From a virus (lineage: Duplodnaviria > Caudoviricetes): a stretch of 64,000 nucleotides of DNA. The stretch's first letter is position 1; every line of letters begins with the position of its first letter. The notes under the pieces were generated by a model that saw only the letters and a program-made list of their open reading frames with translations, did not search any database and had not been told where the DNA came from. Shown here in pieces: positions 44,701 through 54,716 of this stretch. The stretch lies in IMG/VR virus record IMGVR_UViG_3300021399_000008, positions 52,329 to 116,328 of that record; one strand, given 5' to 3'. Made by a program: the position numbers and the translations under genes.

Positions 44701-47176
44701 CTTTATCTAATTCTGAATCTGTATTGAAGACGTGCTTGATCTGACCTGGCACGGTTTCAAGATCTGTGAGATATTTATCAGCAGCAATCTATCTGAGTCT
44801 GTTAAACTCAGGACTGGCTTCCAAATGTCTTGAAAGCTGAGCAGGAATAAAGTCTTTGTCAATATTCCAGTTAGCGGAACTGCGCATAACAGTTGTGCCA
44901 ACTCTTTTATTTAGTTCGTAAATCAGGTCTTCTGCTTCCTGGTAACTGAATTTCCTGCCGTCGTTATGTTTGAAGATCACATCCTGATTCTTTAATGTGC
45001 TTGAATCAGTAATGCCACCATATTGTTCATCCATAACGTCGACGAACTTTTCACGAAATTCGGCAAGCTGTTCCGCGTTTTTTAATGCTTTTTCTAATGC
45101 GTCTTTATTTGACAGCTAAGGCATCCACTTCGCTACATCGGCTTCATTTGCCATAACTGTAGGCATGTAGAAATGGTGTTTGCCTTCGCTGTCCAGTGTT
45201 GTAGCACCAGACGCCTTTAGAAATCTTCTATAATCAAGAGGGAGCAGTGTTCCTTTTATTGATGGCATACGAGCTTGTACATCTGCAGTGAGATACTTAG
45301 TATCAAAAATATTCATTCCGTCGGCTCTGTCTTTCGTCGGAGTGCCTTTCCACTTGTAATACGCCTCCAGATTTACAAGAGCCGTGCGAGGAACATCAAA
45401 TCCGTATTCACTCTAATCCTCGCCAGTAGACCAACCTTTACTATCGTAGTTGAGTCCTTTTTTTCGATTTACATATTTTTCACTTTTGAGTGTGTTGCTA
45501 CTAAAAGATGTAAAAGGATCGTAGCCAACTTTATCCACGGCTGCTTTGCGCATATTTCTTTCAATGAAATACACTTCACCGTTTGCGTTTTTACCGCCGT
45601 ATACATAATCATGTCCATACTGAGAAAACCCATTATTAATAAGATCGACAGCCTGCTGCCACCGTTCCTTATTAATCATACGCTTCCCGTTATCCCACAG
45701 GAATGTTTCTTTCCCATTCTTCATGCCTTTCTCGAAAATGTCTTCAAGATCAAGAGCGATGACGGCTGGTGTTCCATCTTTTGTGCCATATGTATTATGG
45801 CCAGACATTCCAAGAAGACGGGTGTTTCTACTTTCAGAGACATCAATAAACCCGTGCTTCGTCGGGATAATTCTCTTGCCGTTCGCATCGAGTTCCTTCT
45901 GATCGAGAGGAATCGACACTCCGTTTTTAAGTTCAGTAATTGTATATTTCGGAGCCTGATACCGTTCCATCATAGGATCGATAATAACTCTTTGAGATCT
46001 GGTGTACTGAGCTCTGTTGGCGTCGCTGATCGTCTTCTGAACTCCAAGATACGGATTCAGATACTGATATTTACCAAGCGCACCCATTGCCTCATAGCCC
46101 TGCTCAACTCGTCTGGATGTTTTATTCGCAAGACTTTTCTGGACTTCAATGTCTTTTGAATTAAGATCTTTCCTGAATCTTGGCGCACCTTGAAGAGCTA
46201 CTCCGAATTCTTTGAAGACATACCCGGCAATCTCATCCATCTGATCCTGAGTAAACTGTTCGAGAGCACGGAGGTTACCCTCACTCATAAAACCTGCACC
46301 AGAACGGACAATGCCTTTTCTGAGAAGGTTGTTGTGAGCGGCCATCTTAACGAGTTCAGCAGTAAGCTCTTTAGATACTAAACCGTTATTTCCTAAAGAA
46401 GCTCTGGTTGTACCACTTAAGTCGAACTTTAAATTCTTAAAAACATCAGGAAGTCTTTCTCTGAATGTATTGTAGTTTCTTGCGTTTCCGATAGTGATGG
46501 CGCCGTAAGAATGAGCAGCCGCCGATCTCATATAATCCTGACGCATCGACTTGTCCAGCATATTAGATACCATAAAGTCGATCAGTCTGTCGGATTGTTT
46601 CTGAGTACCAAAACCAGAAAGAACGGAAGCAGCCTGTGTGTACTGCTTGTTCTGCTGGAGCATCTTACGAATACCAGCATCTGTTAAACCGGAACCGTGA
46701 GCACCCTGCATCATGTGGCCAGTAAGATTACCGACAACATTTCCTAAGCTGGCTATCTGCTTATATGTAGTTACGAGATCTCCACCTGCAGCATTAAGCT
46801 CTTTATAAAGATCGATACCTTTACGTAAGTCCTGAAGATCAGCTGAAGCGAGACCAACGGAACGAAATATCGTATTAGCCTGATCCTATCCAAGATTCTT
46901 ACTGGTAATCTGTCCAATCTCTTTCACTGAACTTGTAAGACCAGTAATTGTCCTGGACATCATTGTCTGCATCTGGACAGGGAGTGAAGCGAAGTCTGTA
47001 TATAAACCTTTCACCTCTTCGCGAAGTTTGCCAACAGAACTGTTAAGATTAGACATTGTATCTTCGCTGAGAGTTTTAGATGTGTATTCCGACTGGGTAT
47101 CAATGAAATCCTTAAACGTTTTTTGAGCTTCATTTGTTTGTAGATCAAGCTCCATACTGACTTTTGCGTCTGCCAT
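32768..47176 (-). CDS. 4802-aa tape measure protein fused to a two-barrel RNA polymerase-like domain and a PD-(D/E)xK domain; six in-frame TAG
   Basis: Seven track ORFs share one frame separated only by TAG (46886, 45413, 45116, 44789, 38747, 35942); TMP core near 40100-41000; position between tail chaperones and Dit. Confidence 0.88.
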
Positions 47177-47222
47177 TAGATAACCCCCAATAAATCAAAA
47201 TTGAAAACAAAAGTCGAAAGAA

Positions 47223-47270
47223 TGCGGAGGTACGGAATTGAACCGTTAATCCTGCCTGATCAGTCCCCAC
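47223..47270 (-). ncRNA. tRNA-like mini-element (acceptor stem plus T-arm)
   Basis: GTGGGG...ACGG-TTCAATT-CCGT-ACCTCCGCA; middle too short for D and anticodon arms. Confidence 0.35.
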
Positions 47271-47278
47271 ATATAAAA

Positions 47279-47307
47279 TAAAGAGCTGTAAGACCTACAG
47301 CTCTTTA
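47279..47307 (-). terminator. intrinsic terminator
   Basis: TAAAGAGCTGTA/TACAGCTCTTTA followed by TTTT on -. Confidence 0.7.
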
Positions 47308-47316
47308 GGGAAGTTA

Positions 47317-47775
47317 TCAGATTTTTCTATCTCTCTCCGCGAAGGAATAGTCCCTGGCCTGATACTGTGCCAGTTTTTCTTTATTGTCCATAACGACTTC
47401 ACGAACCGCGATATCCTTCTCGCGCTGCTTAACTTCCTCGTTAAGCTTCATATACTCGAGAAGGTTCTTCATCAGTTCGTTCGTCTGTTTTTCTTCCTCA
47501 GGCTTAATCGTTTCGTTAACAACTGTATTAATCCATGATAACAGGGGAGTGAGCTGGTCATTCTTCGCATTACGCATCTCAACCTCAAGCTTCAGGATCT
47601 CGTACAGTTCGTCCTGAGGATCTGACTCATTACCGAGATACAGTCTCTGTTCCCGAAGGAACTGTCTGTATCTGGGCTGAAGGTAGGAAACACCACTGTA
47701 CTCATCTGTCTCAACCACTGCATCTATCGCAGCGTTTACGACTTCGTAGTAATTGGGCTTAACAACTTCGGACAT
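47317..47775 (-). CDS. hypothetical coiled-coil protein
   Basis: ORF track; AAGGAG RBS. Confidence 0.7.
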   Translation of the reverse strand: MSEVVKPNYYEVVNAAIDAVVETDEYSGVSYLQPRYRQFLREQRLYLGNESDPQDELYEILKLEVEMRNAKNDQLTPLLSWINTVVNETIKPEEEKQTNELMKNLLEYMKLNEEVKQREKDIAVREVVMDNKEKLAQYQARDYSFAERDRKI

Positions 47776-47780
47776 CTGGA

Positions 47781-48077
47781 TTATTCTCCTTCCTCAGGAT
47801 TATATACTCCAGTTACACGACCACCTTCAGGAGTACCTGGTCCCATCTCAATAGGACGGTTGGATACGGAAGCAGCTTCAAGTTCCTTATACTTCTCAAG
47901 GAAAGGATTCTCAAGAGCAATAATCGCAAGCTGTTTCGCGGCATCCAGGAATCTATTATAAGAAGCCAGAGCATCGACACCTTTCCTCTGGGCATTCCTG
48001 TATTCGTGAACCATTGTGTAGTAGTAATCGGCAGCAACCTTGTAAGCAGTTTTATTTCCCTTATTATATCCACTCAT
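47781..48077 (-). CDS. hypothetical protein
   Basis: GAGGAG RBS; operon packing. Confidence 0.7.
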   Translation of the reverse strand: MSGYNKGNKTAYKVAADYYYTMVHEYRNAQRKGVDALASYNRFLDAAKQLAIIALENPFLEKYKELEAASVSNRPIEMGPGTPEGGRVTGVYNPEEGE

Positions 48078-48078
48078 A

Positions 48079-48483
48079 TTAAGACTCCTCTTTCTTATCT
48101 TTTTTCGTTAAGGACACAGCGTCCTTAAGCCAACCCATAGACGCTACCGTACTGGCAGAAGCTTCGGGTATCTTAACTGCACCAGAATTAATCGCGTTAA
48201 AGATCGCGTTCCCTCCACGTTTCTTTCCAGTAGAGAACGGGTTCACACTCTCGATTACTTCTGTTATTGACTTACCAGCTTTCTCATCAAACAGCGTCCG
48301 TCCCAGCAGATTAGACTGACTTTCGAAGCTGACGCGTTTCCGCAGGACGTGCAGGACTTGATTGAAAAAGTTCACAGACATATTGTTTATCTGTTTCTCG
48401 TCGACGATTCCAAGATAGACGGCAACAATAGCGACCGCGTCTTCTAACGTTATTGGTTCGTCCTCTTGGCCTCCCGGTTTTTT
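48079..48483 (-). CDS. tail assembly chaperone, frameshifted (GT-like) portion
   Basis: The -1 frame from A AAA AAC (48483-48477) is open into ORF 48079-48381. Confidence 0.75.
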   Translation of the reverse strand, partial: KKPGGQEDEPITLEDAVAIVAVYLGIVDEKQINNMSVNFFNQVLHVLRKRVSFESQSNLLGRTLFDEKAGKSITEVIESVNPFSTGKKRGGNAIFNAINSGAVKIPEASASTVASMGWLKDAVSLTKKDKKEES

Positions 48484-48956
48484 GCGGCTTCCTCTTTCTC
48501 TTCGATCTTGTTTATACGGCGGTAGATCTCGAGGATCTTCTCGATATCCGCTGCAGTCATGTAGTCGAAGTTATCACGGACGAACTGTTCGTCGTCGAAT
48601 ACTGCGACCAGGAAGTCGAAGATAATCTGTAAGCCGTCTCGCTTCGGATCGTATACTCCCTGCTGAATCACAAAGAGTGTATCTATCGGGACATTCTCCA
48701 GAAGTCCTCTGGCTGAAGTCCAACCGATCCTGTAGTATTCAAACCGGGTCTCTTTTATTTCTCTGTCGATACCGTTTATCGTAATGATATTCTCGAGCTT
48801 ATGATCTACTGGCTGTCGATCACTTTTCTCAGAACCATTAAGGTCGGCCTTCTCGGCTTCACTCTTATTTAAGTCTGCTTCCTCGATAGCCGAAGCTTTC
48901 TACCCGTTGTCTTCAGATACTTCAGGCTACGAGTTCTTTACAGCCTTTCTGGGCAT
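48450..48956 (-). CDS. tail assembly chaperone (G-like); TAG at 48927 and 48900
   Basis: GAGGTG RBS at ATG 48956; follows the major tail gene; slippery site near the end. Confidence 0.75.
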
Positions 48957-49094
48957 AGTAATCACCTCTAGGATCTCTTCAGTTAATCATGTAATACAAT
49001 CGTAATATTTTAACGAATAAATTAATAAGTAGCTGAGGCAGGAACCCACAGCTACTTACACGGTTTTCTGTGCCGATCACCGTAAACGTCTTAT

Positions 49095-49129
49095 AAAAAA
49101 AGGGACTGCTGTTTATTGCAGCAGTCCCT
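49095..49129 (-). terminator. terminator after the major tail gene
   Basis: AGGGACTGCTG/CAGCAGTCCCT plus a T run on -. Confidence 0.8.
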
Positions 49130-49189
49130 GAGTCTCCCGGTTAAGCTGCAGTAACAGGTCTATTAAGCAGGAAACTAATCTGAGTTTAA

Positions 49190-50008
49190 TTACGGGTTAG
49201 GGGTTTCGCCGCCTTCAGCGGGAGCAGCCGCACCCTGACCATAGGCAGCACGGAAGGTTTCCTTGGTCATATAGAACATCTCATAAGCAGCGTCATCCAG
49301 ACGGCCAGGATCCTCGCAGGATACGGTGAAGTCAAAGGTGGACGGGCTCTTATAAGAACCGGACATAGTAGGCACCTGGGTAATACGGCCATTGAACATG
49401 TGCACAACCAGGTAATGGGTAATGCCAGCGTCGGTGCAGTTCTTGCCGTCGTTGTAGACGGGGAACACAGCGTACACTTCGCCCACAGCACTTGCGCTGT
49501 TGTCGATCAGGACAGTAGGCACGTTCGTTACTTCGGTCTCGTAGGAGACACGGACAGCGCCAGTCACGGTCGCGTCGAAGGTCTACTCCTTGCCGCTCAC
49601 AGTGTACACACCGTCAGAGGCAGTCTCGCCAGCGGTCATATTAGGAATGAACACAGTGCCGTCCAGAGGAGTGGAAGGCAGGGTGATCTTGTGGGTGGTC
49701 GCGTCGGGAGTAGCTTCGGTGTAGGCGATGATGGTCTTCTTGGCAGCGTTCTCGAAGTTCTGAGCGTTAGCCATAGCCCACAGCTCAGAGTCAAACTGAC
49801 CCACGGTGATGTTCATATTCATCGTGGACTGACCAGGGATCGTACACACAGCATACTTGGACCAGCCAGCGTTAACGGAGATAGAGCCGAAATCGATATC
49901 GCTGGTGAAGTTCGTCAGCTTATCAAACACGTACTTCTTGCCGTCGCACCTCTTAAAGAATAAAAGAGGGACGTCGACGATATATCCACGTAAAGCCTGA
50001 ATATACAT
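49190..50008 (-). CDS. major tail tube protein; TAG at 49583
   Basis: Two ORFs joined by SGKE*TFDA; GC3-rich codons; position and terminator. Confidence 0.8.
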
Positions 50009-50103
50009 AGAGTCACTTCTTTCTGTAAAGTTCGTTTATACTAACAACCCTATGTCCTCCTACAAACAACGAGCTGTTAATATCTGCGCACCCGAAATTT
50101 CTG

Positions 50104-50592
50104 TTAATAGACTTTATTAAACCAGAAACTTATCGTATATCTCGAGTAACCGACAGTTCGGGTAGCACTGTCCTTCTCGCCAGCAATTGTGAACTTGTAG
50201 CCATCTATATGCCCCCACTGGTCGACATCGATCTTTGTGAGGAGAATGTTCAGTCTGTTGGCGATCAGAGTGGTTCGGTTGTCGAGTGTGTCATTTGTCG
50301 CAGTATGCATATCATCATACTTGACATAGATGTCGAAGTTGAGGAGATGCTGTACGACATTCGGAACACCTGTGGTATTCTTCTGCTGAAAGCCGTAGAT
50401 AACTCTGACTTTCTGATCCGTGAGAAGCTCGCTCGTAGATCCAGTCTGAATAAAGTACTGTTCCACGAACTTATTGATCTTCACATTAGAAGGAATCAGC
50501 ATCAGAGTTTTCAGCTGCTCATCTTTAAAGATTCTCTGACGCAGAATCTTCTTCCATGTTTCAGCCCATGATTCAATTAATGTTTCGGCCAT
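50104..50592 (-). CDS. tail terminator/completion protein
   Basis: LNFDIYV...IANRLNILL; upstream of the major tail gene. Confidence 0.6.
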   Translation of the reverse strand: MAETLIESWAETWKKILRQRIFKDEQLKTLMLIPSNVKINKFVEQYFIQTGSTSELLTDQKVRVIYGFQQKNTTGVPNVVQHLLNFDIYVKYDDMHTATNDTLDNRTTLIANRLNILLTKIDVDQWGHIDGYKFTIAGEKDSATRTVGYSRYTISFWFNKVY

Positions 50593-50606
50593 ATATACCT
50601 CTCACG

Positions 50607-50942
50607 TTAAACAGGTCTGTAGGAAGTCTTTGCCTTCGCGTCGTTGAAGTAGAACTGGAACAACGTGTATGTGAACTCCTCTACTTTTGAGAAATCAAAA
50701 TCAATCCCGCCTTTAAGGTCTGGATCGAGTCTGATCTGTACGTCTATATCACTAAGCTGCTTCTCATGGTGACTGTCGCCAGTAGCCATTCTGAATAACA
50801 TAAACTCGTAGGCCATGTTGTCCATAAGGTCTGCGGCGTAGTCTTCCAGCTTCTTCTGTACGGCTGGATAAGCAGCTTTCATAATAGCTGATTCGAGCTG
50901 AGTGTCTGAGATATGAGTGTTGTTAGTCATAGTGCAGACCAC
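50607..50942 (-). CDS. neck-region hypothetical protein
   Basis: Gene order. Confidence 0.6.
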   Translation of the reverse strand: MVCTMTNNTHISDTQLESAIMKAAYPAVQKKLEDYAADLMDNMAYEFMLFRMATGDSHHEKQLSDIDVQIRLDPDLKGGIDFDFSKVEEFTYTLFQFYFNDAKAKTSYRPV

Positions 50943-51654
50943 CAGCTTCTTTGTTACACTGGAATCTGAGAGTACCGAAGTCCTCAGTCTGAGATGTACC
51001 AGTGCGGTCTATGTCGACGATCAGGTATCGGTCTGTGTCCCACATAAACGTATCGTTAATATGAACCTTATCCGTCTGATCATTCATCTGGACAGTAAGG
51101 ATCGTGAGAGCTTTCGGAGAAACACCTGGAGTTCCCTGAGTTTCCGTATACTCCGGTCGACCGTCATAACGATAGATGTTGCAGGGGATAGAACCAGTAA
51201 TAGCCTTATACCCAGGGCCGCTGATTCTGTAACCGTCGTCGTCTACTTCCTCGTCTACGAATCTCTCGAAGACGAATTCAGAGTTACATACGAGAGCTCT
51301 GGACGGAGCGTTATTGCTTTCCAGCGATACGTGCCAGTCCAGAAGGTAAACCTGCCCGTTGTTCGAGGCAACGATCATGTCGCCTTTACGGATACCGCTC
51401 TCTACGTCTGCTCTGAAGTTCAGGTTATGGTCCATGTTAATATATCGACTCTTCGTGGAGTCAGGATATAATTCGCCACGGATAATTACAGGCTCGTAGT
51501 CTTCGGCTGTTCTGTCGAACCAGTCCTTTACAAGTTCAAAGTCCATAACCTGATTCGGTAAATCTCCGTCAAGAAAGTTTCTGAAATCATCTGCCAGAGT
51601 AGGTGGAAGATAGAACCTTGTCTTCGACGGGGCTGAAAGGTAAGGTCTAGCCAT
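50923..51654 (-). CDS. putative head-closure/head-tail joining protein
   Basis: IRKGDMI and HINDTFMWD beta-barrel repeats; gene order. Confidence 0.6.
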   Translation of the reverse strand: MARPYLSAPSKTRFYLPPTLADDFRNFLDGDLPNQVMDFELVKDWFDRTAEDYEPVIIRGELYPDSTKSRYINMDHNLNFRADVESGIRKGDMIVASNNGQVYLLDWHVSLESNNAPSRALVCNSEFVFERFVDEEVDDDGYRISGPGYKAITGSIPCNIYRYDGRPEYTETQGTPGVSPKALTILTVQMNDQTDKVHINDTFMWDTDRYLIVDIDRTGTSQTEDFGTLRFQCNKEAGGLHYD

Positions 51655-51675
51655 CTCTATCTTCTACCTCCTTTC

Positions 51676-51990
51676 TTAACTGTCCCCTAACTTCGCTACA
51701 GGGACACCTTTATACAGAAGAACTTCAGGGAGTCGGACGATACTGTTTCCGAAGTTCAGGATCTCCCGTCTGAGTCTGAGGAACTTTTCAATTGAATCAT
51801 CGGACCATTCGTCGATAGGAGCGCCGTGGTTCATCTCAGTGAACTATGCCTCAATATCGCTGATCTAGTACATAAGATCTCTGCCTGTAGTTCTCGTATA
51901 TTCTTCGAACCCGGTACGTTTATTTACGGGCTCGTTTGTCTTTCGGTTTATATAATTTATCTCAACTTCAAAGTCCTTTAATCCGCTCAT
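51676..51990 (-). CDS. hypothetical protein with two in-frame TAG (51865, 51844)
   Basis: AAGGTG RBS; DLMY*ISDIEA*FTEM; fills an otherwise empty gap. Confidence 0.75.
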
Positions 51991-52017
51991 ATAATCACCT
52001 TTATTAACCGTTCTTAC

Positions 52018-52620
52018 TTAGAAGTCGTAGTGTAAGGAGTGACGGTACATTCTTTTCCAGAGCTTCCGTCTCTCCAGTTCTAATTTATCTATCGTCTCAC
52101 CAATATACTTGTAAGGCTTGTCAGCGTTCGCGATGGTTATAGCATTCGTACTGTAGCTGACAATGTTGTTAACGTCTTCCTGAGCCAGTCTGAAAAATTC
52201 GATCTGAGCACAGAGAATAACGTACCTTCTCTCGTCGAGTTTAAGGTCCAGTCGGACGAACATTTCGTCGGAGCTCCCGGACTCACCATCATCGGCTGGG
52301 CCCACCTCTCCGTCCGCTGGATCTGTTCCTGTCTCGCTATCGCTGAGGCCAGGATCATCACTGCTGGAATTATTGGAATCGTCTCCTTCTTCGGTCGTGT
52401 CGTCAGGTTCGGTAACCTCAGGACCGTATTCGATCAGAGACTCAATATCGACATCGTACTGGCACACATTGATCAGTAACTGTTCGATACCGTCCAGTAC
52501 CATTTCTGTATACTGCTGATCCGTAGGTTCTATCGGCACACGCTGCCATGCGACTTTCTTCTTAAGCTTATCCACCAGCTTAGTCACTGAAGTGCGCTTG
52601 TCGTATGAAATCTTCGCCAT
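52018..52620 (-). CDS. putative head-tail adaptor
   Basis: Gene order; helical with an acidic insertion. Confidence 0.55.
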   Translation of the reverse strand: MAKISYDKRTSVTKLVDKLKKKVAWQRVPIEPTDQQYTEMVLDGIEQLLINVCQYDVDIESLIEYGPEVTEPDDTTEEGDDSNNSSSDDPGLSDSETGTDPADGEVGPADDGESGSSDEMFVRLDLKLDERRYVILCAQIEFFRLAQEDVNNIVSYSTNAITIANADKPYKYIGETIDKLELERRKLWKRMYRHSLHYDF

Positions 52621-52636
52621 GACAACGCCTCCTGTT

Positions 52637-53101
52637 TTATTCGATGTTAAAATTCTTTTCGGGCATCTTAGCCTTCAGGATCTTCAGCTTGCTGACAGGA
52701 AGATCCATGTCAACGGCCAGAGTGTAGATCGCGTGAAGTTCAGCTTCGTCGTCAATCTTGCTCAGCCAGGACTCGAGCTTCTTCAGGTTGCCCTTCAGAT
52801 TCGCATAGATCTCGTCCTCTGTAAGATGCTTGGCTTCCTCGGGAACTTCCTGCATACCAAGTTCTGAGATAGAAACCTTCTTGCCGCTTTCGGCGTCATA
52901 AATTTCGAGCATACCCTTCGCGAACTTCTTACAGTTGAACTTCGCACGTGACTCATCATACAGGATGTCATTCATACTCATAATGATCATCCCGCCATCA
53001 GCAGGAATATTAAAACCAGTACCGTCTGCCTTACGGACACCGATACCGTACTTGCATACGTTCACAACACGGAACATACTGGAGCCGCTATACATAAACA
53101 T
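52637..53101 (-). CDS. hypothetical protein downstream of capsid
   Basis: AAGGAG RBS. Confidence 0.7.
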   Translation of the reverse strand: MFMYSGSSMFRVVNVCKYGIGVRKADGTGFNIPADGGMIIMSMNDILYDESRAKFNCKKFAKGMLEIYDAESGKKVSISELGMQEVPEEAKHLTEDEIYANLKGNLKKLESWLSKIDDEAELHAIYTLAVDMDLPVSKLKILKAKMPEKNFNIE

Positions 53102-53121
53102 TCCTCTCCTTGTCTGTAATC

Positions 53122-53159
53122 AAAAACAGGAGAGGCTACCCATAAGAGCAGCCTCTCCT
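53122..53159 (-). terminator. terminator after the major capsid gene
   Basis: AGGAGAGGCT/AGCCTCTCCT plus a T run on -. Confidence 0.75.
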
Positions 53160-53254
53160 TATTAATACACCGGATTAGTAGTAGTGCCTGACGGCGCTAC
53201 GGTTGTGTAGTGGAAATCTGGCGTAAGCCCCGACCGGGTAAGACGCGAAGCGGC

Positions 53255-54238
53255 TTAGCCGATCATGTAGGCACCGATGTTCGGGATCTCGGTAGACACG
53301 AAAGCCACACCGCACTTCTCCCAGATCAGGGTTTCGAAGACCAGGTCATCGATGTTCTGAGAGGTCATGGTCTGGACGTTACCTTCGGTCACGAACTTCA
53401 GGTTCTTGGATTCGGCAGTCAGTCCACCGGGAACCAGATACAGCCAGTTCTTCTTCAGAATGGGAGTGGTGGTTCCGCTCTGGATAGCGTTAGCCAGCTT
53501 CAGAACAGGAGTGCCCTTGTACTTACCGATATAGCCGGAATCATTGTACTCGGTCTTCATAGCGTCAGAAGCATCCAGAGTCAGGGACAGCTGAGACACA
53601 GCAGAGCGGTCGCCCAGGATGTTCACGGGACCCAGGGTCTCGAAGTAATCCAGCTGAGCGTCGAGGGTATCGCCAACGATACCAGTACCAGTGCCATAGA
53701 AGGGGCTGGCGAACTGAGCGATAGCGCCATGCAGAACCTTTTCGATCTGCTGGAGCTTCAGGAGAGCATGGTTCCGGTTAGCTTCCTTAACCAGATCGGC
53801 CATGTTGATACGGTTCATCAGGAGATCCATAACCCTGATAGCAGGACGGGAAGCGATACGCTCGGTATCCACCAGAACCTGCTTATCGGCCACAAAGGAA
53901 CGATGGACGGTTTCGCCATCAGTATAGATCTTCGTGTGGATACCACCAGTGCGGGTGCTGAAAGCAGCCTTCTCGCCCCAGCCGATAGATTTAAAATCAC
54001 AGATATCATTCAGGAAATCCTACTGATTGTTCTGCTGATTCAGTTCGTTCATGGCGAAACGGATCGTCTGCGCAATCTGCTTGGCGGCATGTCCGTCATA
54101 GCCATCGTAGTTCTCGGCGAGCTCATGGGTGATGTCGTTGACTTCCTGCAGAACGTTGGAATCGATCCGCTCACCACGAGCCTGAGCCGCAATAACCTTT
54201 ACATACTTGGAATCACTATTCACTTTGATATCAGTCAT
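53255..54238 (-). CDS. major capsid protein (327 aa); TAG at 54020
   Basis: ORFs joined by NNQ*DFLNDI; GYIGKYKGTPVLKL; high-expression codon style; terminator. Confidence 0.85.
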
Positions 54239-54258
54239 CGTCTCTCACCTCGTCTTAA

Positions 54259-54684
54259 TTAGCCGACCTTACCTTCGGCAGTCACGCCATACACAGTACC
54301 CACGGCAGGGCTTTCAGGACCACAGTTGGTCAGGAACACTTCGCCAGCCTGCAGGGGATGAGCCAGAGCCTTCTCACCAGCAGGAACTTCATGGTCGCGA
54401 GTGTCGTAAGCCTGACTGTCGTCAACCTTCGTCTCGTTGTGCACGAAGTAGTACAGCTTGTCCACGGCCTGAACTTCATAGCTCATACCGGGCATATTGT
54501 CATAAATCGTCTTAGCTTCAGCGGCTACAATCTTAGCGTCGGAAGAAGCGGCAGGCAGCTTCCATGTAGGAACGCCGTCCACGATTTCCTTCACGACGAT
54601 CATGCCATCCTTCTAGGGAGCGTTAGTTCCGTTGACGGCACCGTCATAAATATAGCCGAGATGTTTTTCCATATATCCAGCCAT
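54259..54684 (-). CDS. capsid decoration/minor head protein; TAG at 54613
   Basis: GGAGG RBS; MAGYM...AP*KDGMIV; GEVFLT...VGTVYGV. Confidence 0.7.
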
Positions 54685-54716
54685 AACTTATTTCCCTCCA
54701 AATAAAAAAGTCTCTC

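Noticed and set aside
53210-54262. Long antisense ORFs (53210-54262, 23469-24230, 33239-34003, 45275-46159, 62332-63171 and others)
   Set aside because: Shadows of real genes on the other strand, with no RBS or recognisable motifs
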